A DNA stretch of 64,000 nt, taken from Octopus vulgaris (taxonomy: Eukaryota). Below, piece by piece: positions 53,082 to 64,000 of the stretch. Under the pieces are notes generated by a model. The model searched no databases, was not told the origin of the DNA, and saw only the letters and a program-made list of their open reading frames with translations. Made by a program: the position numbers and the translations under genes. The stretch lies in the NCBI GenBank assembly GCA_951406725.2, contig OX597816.1, positions 13,764,001 to 13,828,000 of the forward strand, given 5' to 3'. Position 1 is the stretch's first letter. Each line of letters opens with the position of its first letter.

Positions 53082-54179
53082 TGTGTGTCTGTGTGTCTGT
53101 GTGTGTTGACCTTGGTGGGATTATGGTTTCAAATTTTGGTACGTACAAGAGCAGCAATTTTTGTAAAGGAAGAGGATTGTTGATTACATCAAACCCCATT
53201 TCTCAACTGATACTTATTTATTTTACAGGCCCCAAAAGAAAAAAAAAAGAAGAGAAAGTGGACCTCAGCAAGATTTGAACCCAGACTGCCAAGTTGGAAG
53301 AAATGCTGTTAAGCATTTCATCCAGTCTGCTAATGATTCTGCCAGCTCACCAACTTTTCTGATGATACAATAATAGAAATCGCAATTGGTTGAGAATTGC
53401 ACAACTTTCCTAATTTTGGTACAGAAGCAGAATACTGATTTAAGAACTCTGAAATTATACCTTTAAACTACAACACATAAAATTTTTACTCTAGTTCAAT
53501 GTCACACCAGCTGACCTTTAAGACCAAATCTCTTTTATCTAGAATGTTGGTTATATATATATGAGAAACTATAGTTAATTGGCTGAAGTGTTTCACATGT
53601 GGGCAATGAGCTGTTAGTTTGTATCTTCATTAGATTAGAATCCTGCCTAAAACAAGGCAATTTAATGTTACTAGATTCATTCTGTGAGAAAGAGCGGCAG
53701 GAGAAACAAATAGCGCTAACCACTGATCTAAACAAAAACAAAAAACCAACAACAAAATCATAAACAAAATAAATGAATCCGTTTGGAAGAAGGCGTCTTT
53801 ACTGGTTATTGTTGTTGCTGGATCCAATAAACATCGGTGAAGTTGATATGTGGGCACTAGAAGCAACTCTCAATTTCTACCTTGCCAGACATGATCATTT
53901 ATGCTCGTTAAACATGGAAAGATTTAAAATTTGATCAGCGAATAGTAACAGCAAACTGGCCATCATTTATTCTGATCAATTCGCTGCTTTCCTACTGAAA
54001 TCATTCACTGTTTCAGTTACTGAATTATCCACAACTAAGAACGAAAGAAACTATTTTTCTTCCTCGTCTTTTATTCTTTCGTTTCTTCATTTCTTTAGAC
54101 ATTTTGTTTAAAAAGTTACAACTTGCGAACGTAAAGCTTAACTGATTGCAAATAAAGCGAGAGAGCACTGAAACAGTTA

Positions 54180-54925
54180 TCACTACATGTGGGAGATACA
54201 TGGCAGAGATACATGTGCAGGCATGGCTCTGTGGTTAAGAAGTGATCGCTACATGTGTGAAATACAATGAGAACAACTGGTAATGCCATCAAATATTTCA
54301 TGTACGATGCATGCTCGGAGAGATACATGTGCAGGCATGGCACTGTGGTTAAGAAGTGATCGCTACATGTGTGAAATACAATGAGAACAACTGGTAATGC
54401 CATCAAATATTTCATGTACGATGCATGCTGGGAGAGATACATGTGCAGGCATGGCACTGTGGTTAAGAAGTGATCGCTACATGTGTGAAATACAATGAGA
54501 ACAACTGGTAATGCCATCAAATATTTCATGTACGATGCATGCTGGGAGAGATACATGTGCAGGCATGGCACTGTGGTTAAGAAGTGATCGCTACATGTGT
54601 GAAATACAATGAGAACAACTGGTAATGCCATCAAATATTTCATGTACGATGCATGCTGGGAGAGATACATGTGCAGGCATGGCACTGTGGTTAAGAAGTG
54701 ATCGCTACATGTGTGAAATACAATGAGAACAACTGGTAATGCCATCAAATATTTCATGTACGATGCATGCTGGGAGAGATACATGTGCAGGCATGGCACT
54801 GTGGTTAAGAAGTGATCGCTACATGTGTGAAATACAATAAGAGCAACTGGTAATGCCATCTAATATTTCATGCACAATGCATGCTGGGAGAGGTACATGT
54901 GCAGCCATGGCTCTGTGGTTAAGAA
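54180..54925. repeat. 114-bp tandem array, about 6.5 near-identical units
   Basis: ACATGTGCAG recurs at 54211, 54325, 54439, 54553, 54667, 54781 and 54895. Confidence 0.97.
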
Positions 54926-55232
54926 GTTTGCTTCTCAACCTCATGTCTTTGAGTTCAGTCCCACAGCACAGTACCTTCTACTTTATAATGAGGAAATTTG
55001 GTAGTCAGAAATAAAACGAAGCCTATATCAAGTTCATATGTGCATGTGTGTACTTGTATGTGTGTGTATGTATTTGTGTGTGTGCATGTGTGAGTTCCCC
55101 ATCTCAAAGATCTTTCAATACAAAATTAGGTAAAGGTTGCCAACAGGAAGAGCATCCAGCTATAAAACTCTTGCCTCAATTATTTCCTTTTAAGTCATTC
55201 CTCTTTTCTGAGAGTGAGAAAGACATTGATGT

Positions 55233-55275
<43 letters not shown>

Positions 55276-55584
55276 AGTGGTAATGATGATGGTGGTGATG
55301 ATAATGACAACAATGATGATAACGACAACAATGATGATAATGATGATGATGACACTGATGATAATAATCCTTTCTACTATAGGCACAAGGACTGAAATTT
55401 CGGGGATGGGGTGGTAATCGATTAGATCAACCCCAGTACGCAACTGGTACTTAATTTATCAACCCTGAAAGGATGGAAGGCAAAGTTAACCACAGCAGAA
55501 TTTGAACTCAGAACATAAAAGACAGACGAAATACCGCTAAGCATTTCACCTGGCGTACTAACGATTCTTCCAGTCATTACCTTG

Positions 55585-55661
55585 ATAATGATGATGATGA
55601 TGATGATGACACTGATGATGATGGTGATGACAGGCCCTGATGATGAAGAGGACGATGACAC

Positions 55662-55697
<36 letters not shown>

Positions 55698-56195
55698 CAG
55701 ACACTGATGATGAAGATGATGATGGATGACACTAATGATGATGAAGAGGACGATGACATTCTTAATGATGACAGACACTGATGATGAAGAGGACAATGAC
55801 ATTGATGATGATGATGATGATGATGACAGACACTGATGATGAAGATGATGATGACACTGATGAAGATGAAGAGGACGATGACATTCTTGATGATGACAGA
55901 CACTGATGATGAAGAGGACGATGACATTGATGATGATGATGATGATGATGATGATGACAGACACTGATGATGAAGATGATGATGACACTGATGATGATGA
56001 CAGACACTGATGATGAACAGGACGATGACATTCTTGATGATGACAGACACTGATGATGAAGATGATGATGACACTGATGATGATGACAACACACTGATGA
56101 TGAAGAAGACGAAAACATTGTTGATGATGGCGACAGACACTGGTGATGAAAAGGATAATGACACTGATGACAATGATGATGATGACAACGAGGAT
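55585..56195. repeat. Compound (GAT)n minisatellite with GACAGACACT and GAAGAGGAC interruptions
   Basis: Read directly. Other trinucleotide fields lie at 13565-13860, 24220-24705 and 52085-52520. Confidence 0.85.
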
Positions 56196-57381
56196 CATCA
56201 TCATCATCATCATCATCATCGTTTAACGTCCGCTTTCCATGCTAGCATGGGTTGGACGGTTCAACTGGGGTCTGGGAAGCCCGAAGGCTGCACCAGGCCA
56301 GTCAGATGTGGCAGTGTTTCTACAGCTGGATGCCCTTCCTAACGCCAACCACTCCGAGAGTGTAGTGGGTGATTTTATGTGCCACCGACACAGGTGCCAG
56401 ACGAGGCTGGCAGACGGCCACGCTCGGATGGTGTTTTTTATGTGCCACCGACACAGGTGCCAGACGAGGCTGGCAGACGGCCACGCTCGGATGGTGTTTT
56501 CTTATGTGTCACCGACACAGGTGCCAGACGAGGCTGGCGGACGGCCACGCTCGGATGGTGTTTGTTACGTGCCCTCAGCACGGAGGACAGTCATTGCGGT
56601 ACTGGCTACGGTCACGTTCGGATGGTTTTCTTATGTGCCACCGGCACTGGTACCACAAGGATACAAATTCCATTGATGTTCATCTATTTTGATTTGGTGA
56701 GAGAATTGATGATGATGAGGAATAAGACAAGAAGAATGTGCTGCAAAACGGGAAAACCAGAAACGTCAAAGATTTGTGAACCAATAAATTACTAAAGTAC
56801 CTACTTATAACTTTGGAAGAAATATAGAGAAATGGTTGTTCTCTCTTCTAAGTAATTTCATAACGAATTTAGTTCTACAAGAGTTAATAACCAACAGACG
56901 ACAAAGAATTTTTGCGATTTTTTTCTACAAAATACAATTATACATTAGAAACAAAACAAAACAAAACCAAAAAAAGAATTTCTTTTCATGACTATTTAAA
57001 ACTATAATATCTTTCACAATGGAATTATATTGACTGCGAAAAGAAAAAAAAAAGAAATAAATAAAGTCAACAATGAAAATAAATTTTAGCAAAACAATGC
57101 ATAGATAAATACAGAGAATATAAAATATATACATATACACACATATACATATATACACATATATATATGTATAAATATATATATATGTATAAATATATAT
57201 ATATCATCATCTTTTAACATCCGTTATACACAAATATATATATAGAGAGAGAGAGACAGACAGACAGACACAGAGAGAGAGAATGTAAAATATATAAATA
57301 TTTTTATATTTATATATATACATATATACATATACACACACACATATGTATACATATATATACATACATATATATAGATAC

Positions 57382-57416
<35 letters not shown>

Positions 57417-57636
57417 TATATATACATGTAAATACATATACATGTAAATACATATATATATACATATATATACATGTAAATACATATATATACACACATA
57501 TATATACATGTATTCATATATATATATACATATATATACATACATACATACATACATATACATATATATATACATGTATATACATATATATATACACATA
57601 TATATATATATACATATTTATATTTTTATTTATATT

Positions 57637-57674
<38 letters not shown>

Positions 57675-57715
57675 TATTTATATATATATATATGTATATG
57701 TCAGTGTGTGTGTGA

Positions 57716-57754
<39 letters not shown>

Positions 57755-57784
57755 CACACCCACATATATACATATGCTATTTAC

Positions 57785-57923
57785 CTCTTTCATTTGTTAT
57801 AAGATTTTGAATAATAACATCCGTCATGTTTTCTCTGTATGCGTATCGATCCTTGTATAAGCCATGAATTGTGGACATTGAAACTTGGTAGAACCGTATG
57901 TTTCCTTCTTCGCTTCCAGTAAC
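57785..57923 (-). CDS. IFT122: IFT122 internal exon (139 nt): [46 protein letters not shown]+G
   Basis: Acceptor tttctag, donor gtaaat. The translation matches the recalled IFT122 motif [25 protein letters not shown]. The phase-1 end joins the next exon (G+TG=Val). Confidence 0.95.
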
Positions 57924-58491
57924 CTAGAAAGGCAACACAAGTAAAAACTAAGATAAACCAACATTTATGGAAGATGACAATAAAAGACACTAATTTTCAC
58001 AAGTCAGCGTGGCAAAAATACCAAAAAAAAAAAAGAATAGAAAAACAAAATGAAAAGGAGAGAAAAAAATTGCTATAAAAAAATGTGCTGGTTGTTTGTT
58101 ATTTGTACCATAAAGAACAAGAAGAGACTGCTGTGTGGTCATAAATTCTGAATTCTTCAAACTATTTTGAAGTGAGCTTGTGAGATGGAAGATACAGATA
58201 TATCACATGGAGCTGGCAGAAACGTTAGCACGCCAGGCGAAATGCGTAGCCGTATTTCGTCTGTCATTATGTTCTGAGTTCAAATTCCGTCGAGGTCGAC
58301 TTTGCCTTTCATCCTTCCGTGGTCGATAAATTAAGTACCAGTTATGCACTGGGGTCAATGTAATCGACTTAATCCCTATGCCTGTCTTTGTTTGTCCTGT
58401 CTGTGTTTAGCCCCTTGTAGGTAGTAAAGAAATAGGTATCTCTAACAGTGTCACCGTTTTCAACATAAAAGCTTCTTTCACATGTATATTG

Positions 58492-59131
58492 TGGCAGCGT
58501 TTCTACAGCCGGATGCTCTTAATAAAGCCAACCACTTCAAGAGTGTAGTGGGTGCTTTTATGTGCCACCGGCATGAGGGCTAGTCAGGTGGTACTGAAAA
58601 CAGCCACGCTCAAGTGGTGTTTTTTATGTGCCACCTGCACAGGAGCCAGTCCAGTGGCATTGGCAACAACCTCACTCAAATGTTTTTTCACGTGCGACCA
58701 GCACAAGTGCCTGTAAGGCGAAGCTGGTAACGATTACACTTGAATAATGCTTTTTACGTGTCACTGGCACAGAAGCCAGTTAGCTGCTCTGGCAACAATC
58801 ACGCTCAGATGGTGCGCTTAGCGCTCCACTAGCATGGATGCCAGTCATTGAATTTGATTTCGATTTCACTTGCCTCAACAGGTCTTCACAAGCAAAGTAT
58901 AGTGTCCAATGAAGGAAAGGTACGCATAAGTGGGCTGGTTACACCCCTGGCATAAGCCACAAGGTTATGGTCTCATTTGGCTTGCCAGGTCTTCTCAAGC
59001 GCAGCGTATTTCCAAAAGTCTCGGTCACTAGTCATTGCCTCAGTGAGGCCTAATGTTCGAAGGTCGTGCTTCACCACTCCATCCCAGGTCTTCCTGGGTC
59101 TACCTCTTCCACAGATTCCTTCAACCGCTAG
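58492..59131 (-). mobile_element. RTE-clade LINE 3' fragment (ORF end and 3' UTR with tandem subrepeats)
   Basis: The minus frame reads LAVEGICGRGRPRKTWDGVVKHDLRTLGLTEAMTSDRDFWKYAALEKTWQAK* (stop at 58973-58975), followed by the repeat-bearing UTR found in many copies in this window. Confidence 0.85.
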
Positions 59132-59832
59132 GAGTCTCATCCAAAGTATCATTTATTTCTATAAAGAAGCAAGAGTGTACATGGAGGGAAATTTGGCTGC
59201 TATTTCTTGCAAGTCAAGCAATCACATAAAAGTGCCTTAATTAGCTTGCGTCAGCATATGATGTACACCTGCGTGTAAGGTGGTCAACCTGTGTCTTTAA
59301 CACACCTCCAATCAGCATAGAATATTTCTGTCAAGCTATTTCTCAATCAACTCTATATGAAATGATTGACAAGAAAACAACAAAAAAAAGACATTTTTTT
59401 TTTATTTCAAATTTTTTTGTTCTCAGGTGTTTTAAAGAAATTATAGTCATAACATTAAATTTTCTTTCAACAATCTAAAATCGATTTCCAAAAATTCATG
59501 CAAATTCTAAATCAGCAAGAAAAAGTAATTTTTTGGAATAAATAAAATTAAATAAAGTTTTAAAAAAAAAGGAAAAACAAGAAGAAAAAAAATGACATCA
59601 AGAATAATTAAATTGTCTCTGTTCTGAGTGAAACAGGATTTTAAGAAATATTCTAAAAACAAACGATGTCTTGTATTAATTGTGATCACCTACAACAAGT
59701 CTGCTATGCAAATTTTACATTTATTTGAAGAATTCAATTGGTAAAAATGTTGCAAGACATCTGGCCATGAATCAGCAATAAATGACAATGCTAACGAAGA
59801 ATTTTCTCATTTTGTCTTAATGAATAAATTCA

Positions 59833-60007
59833 TAGGTGCAGGAGTGGCTGTGTGGTAAGTAGCTTGCTAACCAACCACATGGTTGCGGGTTCAGTCCCAC
59901 TGCGTGGCATCTTGGGCAAGTGTCTTCTGCTATAGCCCCGGGCCGACCAATGCCTTGTGAGTGGGTTTGGTAGACGGAAACTGAAAGAAGCCTGTCGTAT
60001 ATATATG

Positions 60008-60038
<31 letters not shown>

Positions 60039-60254
60039 TTGTGCGTCTGTGTTTGTCCCCCTAGCATTGCTTGACAACCGATGCTGGTGTGTTTACGTCC
60101 CCATCACTTAGCGGTTCGGCAAAAGAGACCGATAGAATAAGTACTGGGCTTACAAAGAATAAGTCCTGGGGTTGATTTGCTCGACTAAAGGTGGTGCTCC
60201 AGCATGGCTGCAGTCAAATGACTGTAACAAGTAAAAGAGTAAAGAGTAAAAGAG
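59833..60254 (+). mobile_element. Full-length tRNA-derived SINE, family A (CORE-like centre, internal TA/TG microsatellite, stem-loop tail)
   Basis: A box TGGCTGTGTGG, B box GGTTCAGTCCC, CTTGGGCAAGT segment, and tail CCAGCATGGC..CAGTC-AAAT-GACTG plus (AAGAGTA)n. Copies lie near 2385-2920, 22592-23011, 45295-45945, 46388-46765 and 47616-48185. Confidence 0.85.
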
Positions 60255-62547
60255 TATATGTATGTATGCATATATATATATATATATATGTACAGAGAGA
60301 GAGAGAAAGGACAAGGTATAAATAATGGCCATTACACATTTTTCCTTTATTAGAGTAAACGTGGCTTACAGTTGTTTCCAGTAATCATTATAGGTACAAA
60401 GAGCTTATGAAGTAATTTGCCTGGATTGATAATCCCTCGCTATTGCCATATATATATATATATGTGTGGCTTAGTGGTTAGAGCATCGAGCTTACGATCA
60501 TGAGGTTGTGAGTTTGATTCCCGGACTGGGCTACATGTTGAGTTCTTGAGCAAGACACTTCATTTCACGTTGCTCCAGTTAACTCAGCTGTAGAAATGAG
60601 TTGCGGCATTACTGGTACCAAGCTGTATTGGCCACTTTTGCCTTTCCCTTAGATAACATCAGTGGTGTGGAGTGGGGAGGTAGGTATGCATGGGTGACTG
60701 CTGGCCTTCCACAACCAAGTGAGTGTGTGTATATATATATATTATTCATTAGCCTGTCCACTTACCTCTTTTTCTCTCTCTTGCTCACTCTCACTTGTAT
60801 TTGTATCCTTTCTCCTTCCCTTTTACCCCTTCATTTGTTCCTTTATTTTCACTCATTCCTCCCTGTCAATCTTTCTCCCTTTCTCCTACTTGTGTTGACA
60901 CATTACTCATAGCCAGCTTTCCTTCTTTCTCTTTTTCACCCCAGCTGCCCAGCCATTCGGTCGCCTAAAATTTTTGTCATGCTATTTCAATATCCTTCAG
61001 GATTTCTTCTAAACATTACCCATTATTGTTGTCTTTTTGACCATAAGGCCATATTTTGCTCATTTACTATTTATTTTGTCTTTTGTTCATCATCTTCGAT
61101 TAAATATTTTTCTACTTTCAGGGGACTCCAAAAGATGTCTCAGGGAGTAGTGTCCCTGCCTTCCTGAGCTAGTTTTCCACCACATTTCTTAAAAATCAGG
61201 GTAGAGGCCTTACTCTTGGGGGCCATTCATGTCCAGAAACTGAGGTCGGGGGCTAAGCAAGGGCATGCTCCACATAGGAAATCCAGCTCCAAAAAAGCCT
61301 CATGATAGTAAAGGAGAATGGGCACCAGCCAGCCCAAAGGTTGGGGTAGGCTGCACCTGCCTACCTCAGATGCATTGAGGTAGATCTGGCTACCCCCATT
61401 AATAGGGACAAAACCCAGATTTAAAGCACTGGATGATGATGATGCCCACTATGTGTTGTTTTGTTTGCTTCAGGCCCAACATTCTCTGTGACTTTTGCAT
61501 GCACCACCAATATGGGAAATTCTTAGTCTTACCATTAATGGTGCAAAACTGAGTATTACCATTTTGGTTGGTAACAGATAAAGAATTAGGGACCCTCTGT
61601 ATTTGTCTCCTGTCCAGTTGTACCTTCAATATACATATGTCTTTGTTTATTTACAATGCAATTTTTAAATTATTAGATACGTGCATATATGTATATATAT
61701 ATATGCTGTGTTTGAGGAGACCTACTGCGTCAAGTACATCAACATCAATATCAAAATCAAATCAAATGGAAATTGTAGTTGTGATTCCTGTGCTGGTAGC
61801 ACATAAAAAGCACCGTCCAAACATGGCCAATGCCAGTGCTGCTTTGACTAGCTTCCATGCTGGTGACAGGTAAAAAGCACCAATCAATCGTGGTCAATGG
61901 CAGCTCCTCTGGCCCCTGTGACAGTGGCACGTAAAAAGCACCCACTAAACTCTTGGAGTGGTTGGTGTTAGGAAGGACATCAAGCTGTAGAAACACTACC
62001 AGATCAGATTGGAGCCTGTTGCAGCCTCCTGGCTTCCCAGACCCAGTCGAACTGTCCAACACATGCCAGCATGGAAAACGGACATTAAATGATGATGATG
62101 ATGATGATGATGATGATAATGATGATGATGATGATACACACACACACACACATATATATTTATGTATATACATATATGTATGTATATGTATGTTTCTGAG
62201 GTGAGGAGAAAATTTGTAAAGGTATTAGGGTCAATGGGGAGAGTAAATGGAAGATGATAAATACATATGTACATTTTCTTTTTGTCTTTATCTTCTATAT
62301 AAATACTAACTTTACAAAAGAAACTACATGTCATGCTATGGTAAGCCACAGTCACACCAACAATGCCATCATCAATTATAATATTAGAGGCTGAAATGCA
62401 AACAAGTAAATAACCAAAATCTAATTTATATACCAATCTATGCAGGTAAAATATAATAAACAAAAGTGTAATTCAAAGGACATTGTCAATATTTTTAGGT
62501 ATTTTCATACATGCAATAAAGGCACCCACAGCATAAGATAACTTGAC

Positions 62548-63275
62548 ATCATCATCATGATCATCATCGTTTAACGTCCGTTTTCCGCACTCGCATGGGT
62601 TCGACCGGGGTCTGGGGAGCCAGGGGCTGCACCAGGCTCCAGTCTGATCTGGCAGTGTTTCTACAGCTGGATGCCCTTCCTAACGCCAACCACTCCGTGA
62701 GTGTAGTGGGTGCTTTTTACGTGCCACCTGCACAGGTGCCAGAGGGGTCTGGCATCGGCCACGATCGGTTGGGGCTTTTAACGTGCCACCGGCACAGAAG
62801 CCAGTCGAGGCGGTGCTGGCATCGGCCACGTTCGGATGGTGCTTTTTATGTGCCACCGGCACAGAAGCCATTCGAGGTGGGGTTGGCATTGGTCATGTTC
62901 GGATGGTGCTTCTTATGTGCCACCGGCACAGAAGCCAGTCGAGGCGGCACTGGCATCGGCCACGTTCGGATGGTGCTTTTTATGTGCCACCGGCACAGAA
63001 GCCAGTCAAGGCGGCACTGGCAACAGCCACGTTCGGATGGTGCTTTTTATGTGCCACTGGCACAGAAGCCATTCGAGGCGGGGTTGGCATTGGTCATGTT
63101 CGGATGGTGCTTCTTATGTGCCACCGGCACAGAAGCCAGTCGAGGCGGCACTGGCAACGGCCACGTTCGGATGGTGCTTTTTATGTGCCACCGGCACAGG
63201 TATCACTACTGTTTCCATTGATATTTATTTCGATGTTCATGTACATGCACTTGACTCAACAGGTCTCCTCAAGCA
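62548..63275 (-). mobile_element. RTE 3' UTR-family copy with six 67-bp tandem units and a (GAT)n tail
   Basis: GTGCCACCGGCACAG recurs at 62783, 62850, 62917, 62984, 63051 (one mismatch), 63118 and 63185. Related copies lie near 7080-7490, 11437-11716, 25215-25880, 37230-37610, 42565-42960, 50130-50520, 56195-56695, 61705-62135 and 63795-64000. Confidence 0.85.
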
Positions 63276-63560
63276 CAGCGAGATGTTCCGGGATCCAAGG
63301 TACTTTGAATGGGCAGGGGCTATGCGGAACTGGTGCCGGAAGCATCTGAGAGGTAATGGTGCCAGTGAGACCCAAAGGTGTCAGGTAATGCTGAATAAGT
63401 GCTATGGATAGATCGTAGTTGAGTTCCAGGTTCGGTGATTATGCGAATAAGGGGTCCAGCTTAGGTCATATATCAGCGAGTGTATATAAGTTTGCTTTTT
63501 TTTCTGTAATGAGATAAAAAACTAAGGCTGTGTAGATGTTAGAACATTTATAAATAGAAG

Positions 63561-63608
63561 GTCTTACAGCTGTTTCCAGGATATTTATTATATCCCTTCA
63601 TCGGAGAC
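63561..63608 (-). ncRNA. Minimal type-I hammerhead-like motif with a GUA site
   Basis: GTCT-CCGATGA-A-GGGATAT(aataa)ATATCCT-G-GAAAC-AGCT-GTA-AGAC, carrying a U4C substitution. Confidence 0.65.
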
Positions 63609-64000
63609 GGTGTGAGAAGATGGTTAAGCAATAGTTAATTAGATAATAGTTAATTTAGATAAGATACGAAGTAGAGAGTGAGATGGAGGAATGAAAATAG
63701 ATGTGAGATATGCAGGGATATTGTACTTGTAGATCCATTATTTAGGCAGAATGGTATATATATAAGATTCCAATACCTTATGAGTAAAAGCAACATCATC
63801 ATCATCATCGTTTAACGTCCGCTTTCCATGCTAGCATGGGTTGGACGGTTTGACTGAGGGCTGACGAACCAGATGGCTGCACCAGGCTCCAATCTTGATC
63901 TGGCAGAGTTTCTACAGCTGGATGTCCTTCCTAAGGCCAATCACTCCGAGAGTGTAATGGGTGCTTTTACGTGCTACCGGCAAAGGGGCCAGTCAGGCAG

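Noticed and set aside
54116-54859. 247-aa ORF with a 38-aa repeat
   Set aside because: A by-product of a 114-bp unit that is a multiple of 3. It has no domain similarity or splice support.
62690-63200. CRISPR-like repeat/spacer pattern (also at 25355-25715, 50220-50520 and 56378-56640)
   Set aside because: The 'spacers' are homologous to each other, the arrays lie inside RTE 3' UTR copies, the context is eukaryotic and there are no cas genes.

Overview
AT-rich, microsatellite- and transposon-dense metazoan DNA. The repeat families suggest a coleoid cephalopod, probably Octopus (inference). The whole window is an internal part of one minus-strand gene, IFT122 (IFT-A subunit). I read nine GT-AG exons by hand (57785-57923, 51554-51612, 48330-48473, 28907-29044, 20487-20651, 16708-16827, 10643-10761, 4779-4932, 741-902). 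They splice in frame into 400 codons, and several are missing from the ORF track. The introns hold tRNA-derived SINEs, RTE 3' ends with internal tandem arrays, a truncated CR1, an R4/Dong-type fragment, two Penelope-like elements (PLEs), piggyBac-type MITEs, a non-autonomous Helitron and a Foldback/Mutator-like element. The most notable observations are: (i) several minimal hammerhead-ribozyme motifs covering C3-G8, G3-C8 and U3-A8 core variants; (ii) a short element joining a tRNA-like Pol III head to a hammerhead-bearing tail, with a PLE-style inverted partial duplicate (a candidate Penelope-mobilised SINE); (iii) two chimeras of a Pol III RNA (tRNA-Arg, U6) with a retroelement tail that look like SINE-genesis intermediates. 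Most listed ORFs are microsatellite artefacts. Element boundaries are hand-read and approximate, and family calls come from recalled motifs, not searches.
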